From Takakia lepidozioides (lineage: Eukaryota; Plantae; Bryophyta): 64,000 nucleotides of DNA. The position numbers and the translations under genes were made by a program. The stretch lies in the NCBI GenBank assembly GCA_030704615.1, contig CM060733.1:58714001-58778000 (forward strand). The letters run 5' to 3'. Below the pieces are notes generated by a model, which saw only the letters and a list, made by a program, of their open reading frames with translations, made no database searches and was not told the origin of the DNA. This document shows, one piece after another, positions 10,110-25,000 of this stretch. Within the stretch, counting starts at the first letter, position 1. Every line of letters begins with the position of its first letter.

Positions 10110-13100
10110 TCTTATTGACGTGTAGCTCGGGGCTTAGCTGGGTATCGTTGATGAAACTCTTGGACTTTGTCAAATGCATTGGCGAGGTTGGATGAAGGTT
10201 CTCACGTTCATTCGCTGATATCGTAGCCTTTCCAATGTACGAAATATTCAAGACGTTTATACTTGATGCGAGAGTCTAGGACTTCGTCGACTTCATACTC
10301 AATTTCCTGATTGACTTCGATTGGTAGAGGTGGTACGGAGACTCTCCCTGGAATATTCGATGGATGATACAACCCCAATAATGAAACATGAAAGACTGGA
10401 TGGATGTGCATACTTCGTGGGAGTACTGACCGAATTTATTTGTGGAATAATTTTGAATAGTCCGAGACGTTGATAATCCAACTTCCTTGATGATCGCGAG
10501 GTTTGTATGTCCCGTCGAAGAAGCCACACACGATCTTCGACCTTGAACTGGGGTTGGAGTTGACGACGTTGATATGCATACTCCTTGTATTGTTTTACAG
10601 CTTCTGCGAGGTGGAATGTAAGCTCCTTGTGAATTGTAGCAAGATGAGTAACAAGGTTTTCTGCAGCAGGGCTTCCAACAGTCTTCATGTGGAAAGGGTT
10701 TGCTCGAGGATGGTGACCACAATTGGAAAAAAAATGGAGTTTGCTTGGTCGAAAATGTATAGTATTGTTGTAGGCAAACTCAGCCAATGACAGAAGGTCC
10801 GTCCAATTATCTTGGTGATAATTTATCGTACAGCGAAGATACTGCTCCAAAATCTGGCTTACACGGTCGGTTTGACCATCAGTCTGTGGATGATTAGCTG
10901 TAGAGAGGTTGATCTTAGTATCCAATATGTGAAATAATCCCCTCCAGAAATTTGATATGAACTGTGGTCCTCGATCAGATACAATGTCATTCGGGAGTCC
11001 ATGAATGCGGTAGATATTATTGAGGAAGAGTCTTGCAGTTTCCTCTCCGGAATGAAATGTGACATCTTCGTAAAACGATCTATAATAACAAGGATTGAAT
11101 TGATGGTCTTGGAAATTGGAAGGTCCGTAATAAAGTCCATAGACACGGACGACCGTGAACCTTTGGGAATGGGTAATGGTTGAAGAAGACCGTAAGGTCG
11201 ATGTCGCGGTCCCTTCGCTCTAACACACGTGTCGCAAGATTTTATAAATTCTTTCACGAGTTTCCACATCTGCGGCCACGAATAGTTCTTGGATATCAAT
11301 TCCATTGTTTTGTTGAAGCCGAAATGTCCTGCAGCCGGAAGATCATGACATGTTTGAAGAATTCGAATTCATATAGGTCCTGGAGGTACATAGAGAAGTC
11401 CCTTGAAATAAAGTAGAATTCGAAGTCGTTTGTAAAATGTGGGTTGTCTCGAGGTTGATTTAGTTGACTTCGTAGTGTCGTAGCAAATTGGTCGTTCTTC
11501 AGTGCTTCCTGAATCTCATTTATGATCTCTGCATCGTCATAGGTGGACATAGATAGTATATTCAATTGGAGATTTGCTGGTTTCAAGATGATGGATTTCT
11601 GTTAGTCGAAAGCTGCCTCCCATTTTTTCGGCGCAAGATACGATCGTCGAGAAAGAGCATCGGGTTTCTTTTGAAGATGTCCGGGACGATAGGTAATAAC
11701 AAAATCAAACCTTGCTAGTGACATACCCCATCTGGCTTGACGTCGATTCAAAACACAAACACTCATAAAATATTCGAGGTTTTTGTGATCGGTGTAGACA
11801 GTGATCTTATGTTTAGCTCCCTCCAGTAGATGACGCCACTCCTCAAAAACATTGATGATCGCTAGAAGTTCTTTGTCATGGATTTCATAATGGATCTCTG
11901 CAACGGAAAATTTGCGAGAACGAAAACCAACAGGGTGAAGTCTGCCATCTGTACCGTATTAAGAGAATATAACGCCAAGTGCAAAGTCGGATGCATCTGC
12001 TTCCAAGAAGAATGGTTTAGATGGATCTGCATGTACCAGTATTGGAGCCGTTATAAATGTGTGCTTCAGCCTTTCAAATGCCTGGTCAGCCTTTTCGTCC
12101 CATACAAATTTGTCTTTCCATGTGAGTCATGTCAATGGTGCAGCAATTTTGGAGTAGTCCTTGATGAAGATTCTATAGAAATTTGCAAATCCCAAAAAAT
12201 ATTGTACATTTCGGACTGAAGTTGGTTTAATCCACTCGATGATGGTTTGTTTCCCGATGATTCAATTTCCTATCCAAAGAAACTGAAATAATAACCAGAG
12301 ACTGTATTTTCTTCTGATCCATAAAGACGTATTTGTCGGAAATAATGTAGCCCAGAAATTTGACCTCAGATTGATGGAAAAGATATTTTTCCAACTTGGT
12401 ATATAGTCATCTTTATCTTAATTTATCAAGGACAAGGCATACATGGCGGCCATGTTCTTCTTCATTCTGTGAAAATATCAAAATGCCGTCCAAATAGATG
12501 ACTACAAAGTCATCTAAAAATTCTCGAAAAATGTCATTCATCATATGTTGAAAGACTGCTGGAGCATTTGTAAGACCGAAAGACATAACACTGTATTCAA
12601 AATGTCCATACCTTGTTCGAAAAGCTGTTTTTCATTCGTCTATTTCTTTTATCCGTACAAGGTTATAAGCTCATCTCAAGTCAATTTTGGTGAAAATCTT
12701 CGCTCGTCCCAGCTAGTCGAGAAGCCCAGAAATCAGCGGCAACGGATAACGATTCTTGATTGTGACTTTGTTGAGGCCGCGATAGTCGACACACATGCGT
12801 AATGATCCGTCTTTTTTTTTCACAAACTTGTGAGGTGCCCCCGCGGATGATTTTGAATGTCGGATGAAGTGCTTCGACAAATTTTCATCAATGTATTCAC
12901 GTAATGCAGCCAACTCCGTTTGGGATAAGTTATAGATTGAGCCGAATGGTGGTTGGGCTCCTTCTTGTAACTCAATTGCACAGTCATAAGGTCGATGTTC
13001 TGGCAATATGTCTGCATTTTTCTTCTCGAATACATCTTTGAAATCTTGATATTGAGCGGGTAATGTTGAAGTACCATTGTCTGTTATGGTCTTGATCGGA

Positions 13101-13627
13101 GTTGCATAAAGTGTAAATGTCGCCTATTTTTTGGTAGCTCTCATGAAAGCTCTAGCTTTAAGGAACATGGGCTGAATACCTTTGATATTTCTACATTTTT
13201 GTCTTGCAGAAATTTTTCGCGATCGCCAGTTGATGTCGGGATTGTGAAGTACGAACCAGGGAAGTCCAAGGATCACATGATTCGTTGGAGACTGGATGAC
13301 ATTGAAAACAATATGTGATGCTTGATTTTTAAGCTTCACTTTAAGTGGTCGAGTTTCATGGTCCACATTGCCTGATGCTAACGGTCGTCCATCGATGACT
13401 TCAACGGGGACCGAAAGTTTCTTCTTTACGAGCGTTAAATTGTGTTGCTTCGCATAGTTTTTGTCCGTAAAACAAGCTGAATCTCTTGAGTCCAAAAGTG
13501 CTTCTACAGAGATATCTCGATTTTGCACTATGATTTTTACCGGAACTGTGAAGCAAGGTGCAAGGTCTGGAGGTAGAAAGAGACATTTTTTTGGTAATGA
13601 ATTTGTGGTGTTCAGCTGCATGGTCTC
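10110..13627 (-). pseudogene. pol: pol of the chromovirus (protease, RT, RNase H, integrase, chromodomain)
   Basis: ALLDS (PR); [17 protein letters not shown] and NRYPLP (RT); SMDFITDLP, HPQTDGQT (INT); HPVFHVSLL; chromodomain EYEVDEVLDSRIKYKRLEYFVHWKGY. Confidence 0.92.
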
Positions 13628-14666
13628 TACTGTGACTGGACATCTTCGTTTTCCAACCTTCTCGTATCGAACCCCTGAGTAGTGCCCCGAGCTTTGAATC
13701 TTCTCTTGTTGGGGCAGTTTAATGCTATGTGATGTTCTTCTCCGCAATAGAGGCATAATCCATTCGAGCGCCGTCTTTGTTTTTCTTGTGGCGTCAATGG
13801 CTTGAATCGGACAACATCAATCTGCATAGGATCACTACAGGATGTCTGATGGATTGTTGTGTTTGGTGCCGTAGTAGCAGTGGCATGATGCGTCGTCGAC
13901 CATCCATATCGCTTCTCTTGACGTCTTTCGAACAAACGATTATCGCATGCAATGACTTGGGTGATGAATTCACTCAGTGTGCTCACGTTTGGCATTATCG
14001 GCAACAAATATTTTACATCATCTTTTAGTCCATATCGAAACTGACTAATGAGGCTCTTCTCATTCCAGTCGAGGTCGCACACAAGTTGTCGAAATTCGGC
14101 AGCATAAACGGAAGCAAGACGTGCTCATTGTCGAAGATTTCGCATCTATATTTCTGTAACTCTCTCTCTATCATTTTCTCCAAACGTTGCAGTGAATTTG
14201 GACATGAATGCTTCAAAACTATGTAGTAAATGCAATTTTTTTTCTAATAGCGATGCAAACCAAGATATGGCAGTGCCTGATAGAAGGGTGCCCACGAATC
14301 CCACTTGAATACCTTCATCGGGGTAGCGTTGTGGATGTAGTCGTAGGAACAGTCGTACTTGTTGAACAAAATCGCGAAATCTTGATCTCGTCCCATCAAA
14401 TTTCTCGGACATGCTGATCTTTGGTTCTCTCGTAATCTGTTGAAGAGGAACCGTTGCAGTAGGAGCTGTTGCAGTAGAGACTCGTATGGTTGAAGATCCA
14501 TTGTTCGACTCTTTAACTCTGAAATTTGTTGTTGCAAATTGTGGAGAGCGTTGCCAAGATCTTGAGACTGATCAGCTTGCAATTGGGCGATAGAGGTACG
14601 AAGTTCTTACATCTGGAGCTGAAGACTCTGCAATGTGACGGCCATTTCTGCAAATGTGCCTTCCAT
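13627..14666 (-). pseudogene. gag: gag of the chromovirus
   Basis: EKFDGTRSRFRDFVQQVRLF, FRYGLKDDVK, PMQID, and CCHC knuckle CLYCGEEHHIALNC. ATG at 14666 is followed by a stop and frameshifts. Confidence 0.88.
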
Positions 14667-14683
14667 CTTAACTAACTAAAGAA

Positions 14684-15200
14684 CAAGGTCGGCGTGGCCG
14701 AATGCATGGTGGGTAAACATGAATCAAGATGATCTTTATAACAATGGACAAGAGTACAAGATACTTGAACTCGATTCGAATATTGGAATGCTGGAAACTA
14801 GACTGGAGTACCAGAAGCTGGACTGGAGTACTGGACTGGGAACAAGAGTAGCTTGAATTTGTGTTGGCGAGACTGAAGAGTGTCCAGTCTCGCCTCCAAT
14901 ATATATTGGCTACTAAGAAGTTCCATAAGAAGCTTCCCCTATGGAGGTTTCTTGATGGAGAAGCTTCTTTAAACAAATGAGGTATCTTTGATGGAGAAGT
15001 TTCTTCAAAATGAAGCTTCCTGGGCAGTTTCTCAAGTTACTCTTGATAATTTGGTAAACTCCCGGTAACTTGGTAAATAATGGTATTTCATGGTAGTTCA
15101 TGGTAAATTACGGTAAGTCATAATAACTTCCAATAACATAGTAACTTGGTAACTTCTGGTATTTACTCCTGATAAGTTCTTCTTGGCTATGTCCGTGATA
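14684..15200 (-). repeat. 5' LTR of the chromovirus (inner ~70 bp missing)
   Basis: Aligns with 5457-5897 plus 9400-9500. Starts TATCACGGAC on the minus strand (other LTR: TGGCACAGAC; consensus TGTCAC). Confidence 0.9.
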
Positions 15201-18200
15201 CAAACATTAGAAGTTGGATCCGATTCCATACTTCAACTGCCTCTTGCAGATGCTCAGACATTTCTTAGGGTTTGTTTTTTTTTTTTTTTTTTTTTTTTTT
15301 CCGCTGTAAGAACATTTTGACATTGAGTTGCTATCTTACCTTTGTTGTGCCGTTCATGAGAGTCTAACGCACAAGGCAGCAATATCTACATGATTTCCCT
15401 GGTTTTTGACTTTTTGTGAATGAGCCTATCTTTTTAGTTGCGCTTCTTTGTCTCCTTAAACTTTTCCTCTTCTCACATTGTCGAAAAATGGACTGAAGCC
15501 ATAGATTGGCGTTCAAACCAAACGAAGACAACAGCCGAAAGCATCAACACAAGACAAACAACACAAGCTACGATAGAGTCCTCAACCATGCGACGCTTAC
15601 GAGCATTGTTTTCAACTAAAGAGCCGACGACAATTTTCATTTCTTATTTCGTTTATTAGAGGGGACAGTGGCCCTCGAAACTTTATTGAAAGAAGAAAAT
15701 GGAGGAAAACATAACATCCAAAACCATGAAGGATTTTACAAACATGGGCATATCCCGACACGAGCTACAAGCACAAGGGGTGTCAAATACAAAATGACAG
15801 ATCTTTGTTTATCAGCATAGCATATGCAAAGATGTGTTGAACCCAAAACCCCGCAAACTCTCACACCCTCCATTAGTAAGTCACGGAGTAATCTTTGAAT
15901 AATTGCTGTCGGTACATGAAGAGGAGCTGGAGAATAAAACCACTCACATTTTATTTTTCATAAATGCCACAAAGTCAGTGATGTGATACAAAACCAAATT
16001 GAGCATGTATTCCAGTTTTAGACGTTATGCATATTTAAAAGATGTGTTGAAAGACATCCAGACCTTGTCAACTTTCAAGCCAAGTAAAATGCACGAACTC
16101 AAAATAAAATATATCAAGGGCATCTGTCCCATTTTTAAGTATATATATATATATATAATTATGAATAACAGTGCATCTCATTTTTTATTAATCTTATTAT
16201 ATTAAATGATCATTATTACGCTAGACGCGAAAAAAAAATATCGTGTTTTCATCCAACAATTCTCGTTCTTATTTTTCAACAATTTTCATAATTATATTTC
16301 AAGCAAATTATTATCATAGAAATGTCATGGGTAAAATCAAGTCTATCTCTACTACACTAGAGATCGGAGTGGTTGGGAACTTAGGTGTTGAGTTTTTCAA
16401 CTTTGCATTTTGTAATGAGTGTCGCGACAACTTATAGTCCCTTATAGTGTATTGTTTGGTGGTTGGGCTCTCATTTTTGTAGTCTGCACAGATTCCTACT
16501 TTGTTTAGTGTTCTTTGAATGTCCTTTTCCTAGTTTATTCGCGTATCCATTACAAAGCTTAGAGCTGGTCTATTTGGTGCATGCTACAGTGATGGTAGAT
16601 TCTTCTTTCTTAACCTCATCTTCGAATATAATCGTTTATGCATTGTAGTTATTTTGTCATGCGTCTCTCAGTTTGTTGAGTTGTCATCAACTTGGTGTTG
16701 TAGAAAGAGAATTGAAAATTCTTTTCTATTCGTCTATTGTGGTTTTAGTAGCACTCTGCAAGTGTCAACAAACAGACGCTCGATATTACTTCGCATGTGT
16801 TGGATTTGGTGGCTTCGAGATATCATGGCACGAAGGATCTTGGAGCTCGTTGGTGTTAGACATTTGTGGTTTTTTTTTGTCTTGTGTGCATTTCTCCTCA
16901 TTGTTGTGTTGCATTGTGTTAGAGAGGTTTAATGAGGACTGATGTGTTGTGGTCTTTCAGTAACTTCCTTTTGTTTGTCCATTGTTTTGTAAGTGTCTGT
17001 GCTCGGAATCGTCTCTACTCTTTTGTTATGGCTTCTCTAAGTGGGATGGGTTCTAGACATCATGGTAAAAAAGGATCTTTTTCAGAGGTAATGGGGGTAG
17101 CGGTAGGAGTTGGAACTCCAATGTTCATCGAATAAAGTTGGATCGATATCAAGCTCTTTTAATGCTCCCTTGTAGATGTTTTTATGATCATTTGCCAGTT
17201 TTGGTGAATTTAATCATTCTTTTCTCAATGAATGCGGATGCAATATATGATCAATTGCTATAATGGCCAAACAACCCCTACTAGATTTGGAAAGTCCAAG
17301 ATGAAACTTTTTCCTAAATATGGAAAAATGCCTAAATGGTATTTCGACCCTAATGGACTGGCGGATGAGTTCCGTTCATACTAGCAGATGGAAACTGACA
17401 GAGGTCTTTGGCTTGTCCTTAAGTACTCCAAAAACAATAAAATATTATAAGTGGAACTAATTAATGAAACCTCTTAATTTGTCTCTCCCCTTTGAGAGAT
17501 TGATACTAGCTCATAGATCAAGGATCATAGAGTATGCAAGCTTGCAGTCTTGATAGTCTAGTTAATTTTTATAGCTTGTTATACATTAGGCTTGAGTGAG
17601 TAAGACTAGTTATTTGCTAGCATGCCAAGTTTCAAAGTTCAATATTCTATGGTATGAGAGCTTGTGCAAGAAACTTGACTAGGAAGAACCTAATATTGCC
17701 AAGTCTCTTTGTTTTGTTCATAGATTGAGTTTGTAAGTCTAGTTTTATTCAAGGAAAATACTTGAGCCTAGTCTATTAAGACTAAAGGACCTTGAAGCCA
17801 TTGTGCCATTTATATTTCAAAAATTTATCAAAAAGAGATCATTTGGATCAAAGTGGATAAGTTACAAGAGGCGAGTAGAGCTCCCCCAAGTCAATTTCAT
17901 GTATTTGCATGTAGTGCCATCGAATATGGTACTTTGCAAGTGCACGGTGTTTAATGTGATACTAACAAGCTTCAATGTTCTTGTTATGTATGAATTAGGA
18001 GCTTCCAACCTTTCCCTTTGAGTGGATTTGAGGGGGGAAGGTTTCATTTTAAATTGAATTCATCATTTCATAGACTAGTTCATTATTAGAACTAGTTTCT
18101 AAGACATTGATTTAGCTTATAAAATAAACCGGATATGAAATGCTCATTTCGTCTTTTTTTTGGAAAGGAAGGGAGTCAAAGGAGAGGAAAGCTGGAAAAC

Positions 18201-19035
18201 CCATTGTTGATGATTATACTTTTTAATGTGTTTTTATTTTTTCAAATTTTAAACAGAGCCCATTTAATCAAATTAAACAAGGAAAAAATCACCTGGAGGC
18301 CATGAGGAGTACATAGCTCAAACTTAATTTGTGGAATGGAAGAGAGTCAAGAGATAGCACGAAAATCCTGATAGTTTGACAATCATGGATAGGATAAATA
18401 GGCCTATGACTGTTATAGTGTCTATGATCAATCACCTCATATTAATTGACATTTGTATCAGGGCCTATGAGCTACCATTGCTAGGCCTAATTTTGCCACT
18501 TGGCAAACTGTTATTTGATAGAACCCCCAAAAAGTGTGATTGGTCATAGGGCTCAGGGTTCACGCAAGCATTTTGATTGGTTCAACTTTCAAACCCTACA
18601 ACTTTGTGTGGACTTCATGAAATCAAGTACTTCCAAGTATGTTGGGATACCCAGATGTGGGGGCATCTTATCAATTTTACCCGGGTTCAAAAGGACAAAA
18701 ATTCATCGTTACATGAACGGTCATAGGTTTGTCTACCCTATGTATCTTATTTTTGGAAGAAAGAGAGTCAAGCGAATCAAAGAAAAACCCTGATTGTTTA
18801 TTTATTTGTATTTTCTAATATTGTGGAGTCAGGTGATGATAAAGTTTTTTCTAGATTCCATAGTATAAGTAGTTAGACCAGTACAAGCTCAAAGATGTTG
18901 AAGATTCATAGAACAAATCCTTTACAGTTAAGTTACCAGTGTTGTTGCAGATTGGTGTTCTACCTAATTGTATATATGAGATACAGTGCATGAAAAGTGT
19001 TGGTCATGACTGACTCAGCACATCCTGTCAAATTG

Positions 19036-22000
19036 TTAACGTCTTTGGAAACTGAACACTTTGATGCTGACAGCAAAGGCAAGGGCAAAGAGAAGACAAA
19101 GCCCGAAATGCCAGATGACAACATATGGAAGGAAGCTATGGTGGAATCCAAAATGCTGTTGCAAATACTCTCTCACTTGCATCTGGGTCCCATACGCATC
19201 CAAGGTAACAATAGAAGTCACATCACCAAGCTGGGAGGTGATCAACCCATAGAGCGTCCAGGCTGTGGGGGTGCACCAGTACCACCACACCCAATAGATT
19301 GGCAGTACCTGCATACATGTCAGAGTGTACTCTGCATCAGAAAAGAAGGGCACGGTATGGGCTCAATGGTGCAGCTATCTTTACCCCTTTAGAAGAATGT
19401 GATATTAGTGAATATAGAAGATCAGACAGGAAAACGTACCGGACGAGGGATTAAGAAGCCCGAGAACAAATTCCAGATTCCATAGGCGCTTGTTGAAATG
19501 ATGGCAGCAAACTGAACGTTGGGGGAGATGGCCACTGTCAACATCCCCCAGTATGTGAAGTAAAGCAGTGCGAGGTACATGAAGAAAATGAAAAGGAAGT
19601 ATTTGCTGGCAACCCATTGAAACTGAATCATGGAGTACACGATAGTTCCATAGATGAATGACTGTACTAACACGTATGGCCACTCCACAGTAACCTGCAA
19701 TCACCAAACAAGGGCTGCTCGTCACTGAAAGGTAAGAAAGAGTGGAAACTGCCAATTGATGCCAGATCAATACCAGAATATTTTTAGTGAGGCCTTGATG
19801 ATTGCAGCGAAATGGGAGGGAGAAAAATGAAATGAAATGAAATGGTACTTTATAACATCTGCGGAAAGCTCAAAGAGCTTAAGGGACAAGAGGAAGCAAG
19901 AAACAATAAACAGAGGGGTCCCAAGCAGCCTAAAAGCCCAAAAGGGAGAAGAAAATTGTCACGTCTACTGGAAGCATGGCACAAGTAGACAGAAAGAAAG
20001 AAAGACACAAAAAGCGATGTCAACTTTCCGATGTCCACAGGAAGGGAGAGGCAGTCAAGCACATAGACAGATTTTAAGCAAAAACATTTCTCTGGCTGAA
20101 ATGTCCGATAGTATTTATCATTCACCTGGGCCAAACAATATGGCAGCGTGGAGTACATCCCAGCTGCCCGTTCTCGATACAAAATTGTGCGCTCAATCGC
20201 TACCACTGGTTGCACCGAGGCCGAGTTATTCACTCCCACAAACAACACTGATGCATACATGGCTCCCATCAAATTGAACACGTCTTGTTTTCGTGACCTG
20301 CAACATGTAGATACATCTTTGAAAGAGCATTACAACTCAGCCTACTGTTCTCAAGCGAATTACAAGTGGCTTTTACATAAACAAGAGTTAGTCCTCACAA
20401 TATAGCTGAAGTGAGTTCCCTTCTTTCTTGTAGACCCAAATTTATCCCTTCTTTCGTTGTCCTCTCTACTATAAAATCCGGGCCAGCTACTTTGACATTT
20501 TTACAGACACCAACTCCCTGACAGAGGCATTCCATTGCAAGGATTAGAGATACATTTTTGCATATCTACACTAGGCTAACCACCTTAGAGAATCTCTCTT
20601 TCCTTTATAGTTGCGGTGGCTGGTTGTTGGGGGCCCCACTTGTCTTTATTTCTAATTTCCATTGTCCCATAAGCTCTTACCCATGGACATTATTAAGTTC
20701 TTTCCTTCTTTCTCTTGAGCAGTAGTTGCTTTCGGGCTGCTTTTTGGCTCTGGTTTGTCTCCTCTCTCTTACTGCTGCAAACTTCCAAGGGCCTGAACAA
20801 ACTTAGCTAAGTGGACGTGTACTACTTGTGTGTTCAAGAAAACCATGAGAAAGAAGATTATGCAAGTTGTAGAGGAGTGCAAGAGTTTACTTCTTGGTTC
20901 CAAGACCCCAGCAGATGCTTCCAAACAGCAGGGCGCTAATAGTGGAGAAGAGGAGACGGACCACATTGTAGTATGGGTTACGCCAATATGATCTGTGTTG
21001 CTTCCAAGAGCAGGCTAGGCATTGCTGGAAGATTGACTGGGCATATTGTGTTGGAAATGAGATGTCCTCAACTCCCTTTGCTGGTGAGCTCAGCTCCTTG
21101 ATCAGAGCTTCATTGTGCCTGCAATGTTTGCCGAACAAAAGTGAGCTGGTTTCATCCTCTTTGCATGGTTGTTTGTTTGTAACTCTCTCACTCGTATTGC
21201 CAACTCCTACCCACTGTAGAAAGAATTGGAATAGTATGCATCACGACCAAAGAGATTCCTAAGTTCTGCTGAACTCAAGAGAGTCAAAGCCACCATATCA
21301 CCACACTTACTGGTACAGAGTGGACTTCCTATAAATCTCTGCGAAGTCAACACCCAGCGAATTTTCAGCTGATTTCGAGGTGATTTCCAGCATCCACGTG
21401 GCAGGGTTGTACCCCTCCTTGATCTTTGGAACGCCTTCAACCCCTTCAAAGTATTCAACTAGATTGTGGGAGTGATAACCCAGGGGACCCGCATATATCA
21501 GTTGGCCCCCTCGCTTCATCAGTAGTAGCTGCACACAACGACCCACAGTGCCATTGCTCACGATCGTTGCCTGTTACTTGACCTACTTGGCAAAACAGTA
21601 ATAATCGGACTTGTCTGCATCACCATCTTTGGTGGGGAGGCTGTAATGCAGAAATTGCAATTGTTCTCAAATCCAGGACATACATTATCAAATGAAGACC
21701 TTCAGTTACAAAAGACTACCGACCTCATCGAATGCCTCGAAGATATCAATGCTTGGTTGATGAATGGTGCACACCACTGTCCGACCTGTATCAACAGTGT
21801 TCCGAACTGTCCGCATGACAATGGCGGCTGCTCGTGCGTCCAGACCCGAAGTAGGCTCATCCATGAAGATGATGGAAGGGTTGGCAACAAGCTCAACAGC
21901 AATAGTCAGTCGCTTCCTCTGTTCCAACGACAGACCGGTCACTCCGGGAAGGCCTACCAGGGCTCCTCTCAAGGGAGTCAGCTCAACAAGATCCATGACC

Positions 22001-25000
22001 TCCTCCACAAATGCCTGCAAAACCGGACAGCAGAATCCAGTAAGCCCCCTGGTGGGTGGGTGTGCTGGAGGATTTGTTAGGCTATAACATCCGTTATTCC
22101 CACTCAATGTTGTGCATGGCAATGGTGGACAAGGTTCAATGCTTTTCTGGTGTAACATCTGCAAGAGAATTAATGAAATGGTACTTACCAGACATTGAAA
22201 ACCTAACTAGTTCTCAGATAAAGAAAACATGAATACAGTCAGGCAAGTGGTTGTTCACCTTTCGCACAGTACTGCTAATTCCTTTAGAGAGACGAAGCCA
22301 TGCTGAAAATACGAGTGACTCATGGACAGTAATATTTGGCGAATGAATATCATTCTGTTCACAGTAACCGGAGATCCGTGCAAATGTTTCCTGCTTCTTG
22401 GTGTACCCAGCAATGTATATGGAGCCCTCAATGTAACCCCCTGTCTTTCGCCCTGCTAATACATCCAGTAGGGTTGTCTTTCCAGCCCCACTCACACCCA
22501 CCAATGCTGTGAGGACACCGGGCCGGAATGCGCCACTAATGTTGTTGAGCAATTGCAGCCTGGGGTCCTTTCCATCCTGCCCTTTCATCGCCTGCAGCAA
22601 TATACAATAAACTGACAATGTGCAGAATCCCACATTCCAGAGCCTCCTGCAGCAACTTGGAACATAAATTACACAACCAAAGGGGTGAACTTCCCCCACA
22701 CATTCCAACAAACTGCACTTGCCAAATCCAAATGTGCAGAGAGAGAAAGCTTACTGGAGGCATGTCAACATAGTAGTTGATATGGTCAAACGCAATGGCC
22801 AAAGGCTGGAATGGCAAAACCATTCCTCTCTTTGCCTCTACACCATTTGCCTCAGTTAGTGCATCGAACCTGTCTGAATTGGCTCCCCCTGACGACATGC
22901 TTGAGCGCCTCACCATGGCACCAACAGCTGACCCATTTGCCAATAAAGCTTAATTGTTCAGTATCCAGCTTGTGTTAGGTTGAGGGTACAGCCGATAAAA
23001 AGTAAATTCAAAGGGTTGTCCACCACCATCAGTGAAGCCTCACATATTGCTGTTATGAATTGATTTATTACTTCATATAATTTCCAATTGCAAGGTTGAT
23101 ATGGCTAGGAAACCAGATTGAACACCTGTAAAATAAAGTCCCTCAGTAGAATCAATTTTTTACACAACTACGTTTGGATTTGTGTTAAATCTGAAGCAGA
23201 AAAATAGTTGTGAAGAGACCCAACAATTTCCAACACACATTCCACAATCCCTGGACTAACTAAACCCATATGCACCAAAGATGTGGATTCTATATGGCTG
23301 AGCAAATACAAGGTCCTTCCACAGCAGATACAAGGAGATGCAGTTTGTGAAGACAGTCAGAGCAGAAGTGCATGACATACCATTGAGCTCGTTAAAGTGT
23401 TGCAGGGAGCTAGGCATAGAGCTACCCTTGCTTCCTCCATGACGACCGTTCTGGCCGATCCCTTCTTCCCCCATCTTGTTCTCATTCTTCTCGTCAATAG
23501 TCTCCTGTGATAGCACAGTATTTGGCTTCCCAAGTGCTGCATAATTTACACAACATCAGAAGTCCAGGTCAGAGTGCTTGCCTGTCTACTCTACTGGTGG
23601 AGTGTTGGTTTGTTGGTGGTAAAAATATGTCTAAATAACACTACTATTACTTTTCCCATTTTCTTCCTCCTGAAACTGATGATGCTACTATCTGATTCTT
23701 TGCCTACAGATTATACTTGAGTGCATTGCAAGTCTCAACCAGCAAACTGGCTACAGGCCACCTCAATGCCAAACAAAAACAAGGGTATTTCTTATCGAAA
23801 AGAACAACTACATCACTGGGGCATCGCTCTGTGAACCTTGCTCCAAAATATGAAGATAGATGTACATACTGTTCTGTTTAACTCATTTCCAAAACATGAG
23901 GATACCTGTGTTTGTAGTAAGACAAATACAAATTAGTAAATGTGTAGTAAATTTCGTAACCCTCCTAAACCAGGAAATCTTTGATGCATCAAAACTGGAC
24001 AAGTACTTACGATTCAGGTATGTCAGGAAGAAGCAGAAGAGGAGGTTGAACACAATTGATAATCCGAACAGGGCTCCCACACCAAGCCAATACCAGTAGC
24101 CTCTATGGTATATTCCACGGGATGTTAATATCGCTTGTCCAAGAGACCCGGCTGATGGGTTGCTGGAATTTGCTGGCTGCAGTAAACCAGTAGTGAGGCA
24201 GACTGGACAAAATGGAGGGTTTGATGGGGCACAGTGCCGTTGTGTGTGAGAGAAGACAAGGAAAAACAAAGACATGAAAGGAACTAGGGAATAGTCTGGC
24301 ACATCCCAAGAGCTCATGGGACTAACTCAACCCACAAGAGAGAGAGAGGGAGAAGGGGCTATTGGGCCCAAGGTGAAGAGGGATACCATGTCCCATCGCG
24401 GTGCCAAAAATTCATTGACTGCATTAGCATTTTCTGCATACGAGAGTGGCGATATCCAGTACCCCCAAATCCACCAGGGGTGAATGCTTTCTGTGATTTA
24501 ATGCAGGTACCCAACACAACATGTTAGAGCTCCACTAAAGACTGTCAATATTAACTTTTTTTCACCAGTTTCTCTCAAAGTTCGCACAGACAGCGGACAG
24601 AGAGATCTCAGTACCTTTGGATACAACAAAGCCTCCAAGGACGAATACAACTAGAATTGCAAACGATCCATACGCCTGAGCCAGGATCATGGTTCGAGCC
24701 AATGAGGCGACCAGGCGGAAAATCCCCAGCGACACTTGATGCATAGCAAGAAGCACCAGCCATTGCCGGAAAAATCTGTATCCCCACAACGATTCCACCA
24801 GCATCTGACCAGTGAGCTAGACGTCTTAACTCCGGTTTCGAGAACATCACGCAACGAGAAGACCAACACCACCATCTTAAGATTTTACATTTTCATTGAC
24901 CACTTACACCAACACGGGGCAAAATATCGGTAGTTTCCATCTACCAGAATCTTTCCCAGGTTTTGCAGACATGTCAACTCAGGAAATCTTCAAGTTCGCT

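Larger units (their letters stand above)
5386..15200 (-). mobile_element. Ty3/Gypsy chromoviral LTR retrotransposon (Tcn1-like), decayed
   Basis: 5-bp TSD CAAAC at 5381-5385 and 15201-15205, two similar LTRs, and a PPT at 9501-9514. Domain order is gag-PR-RT-RH-INT-chromodomain on the minus strand, with many stops and frameshifts. The Tcn1 assignment is inferred from the chromodomain and fungal-like motif wording. Confidence 0.93.

Noticed and set aside
15240-18800. Genes among the short ORFs between the chromovirus and the PDR 3' end
   Set aside because: No recognisable motifs. It looks like decayed repeat debris (T-runs, a PPT-like tract at ~17480), too eroded to classify.
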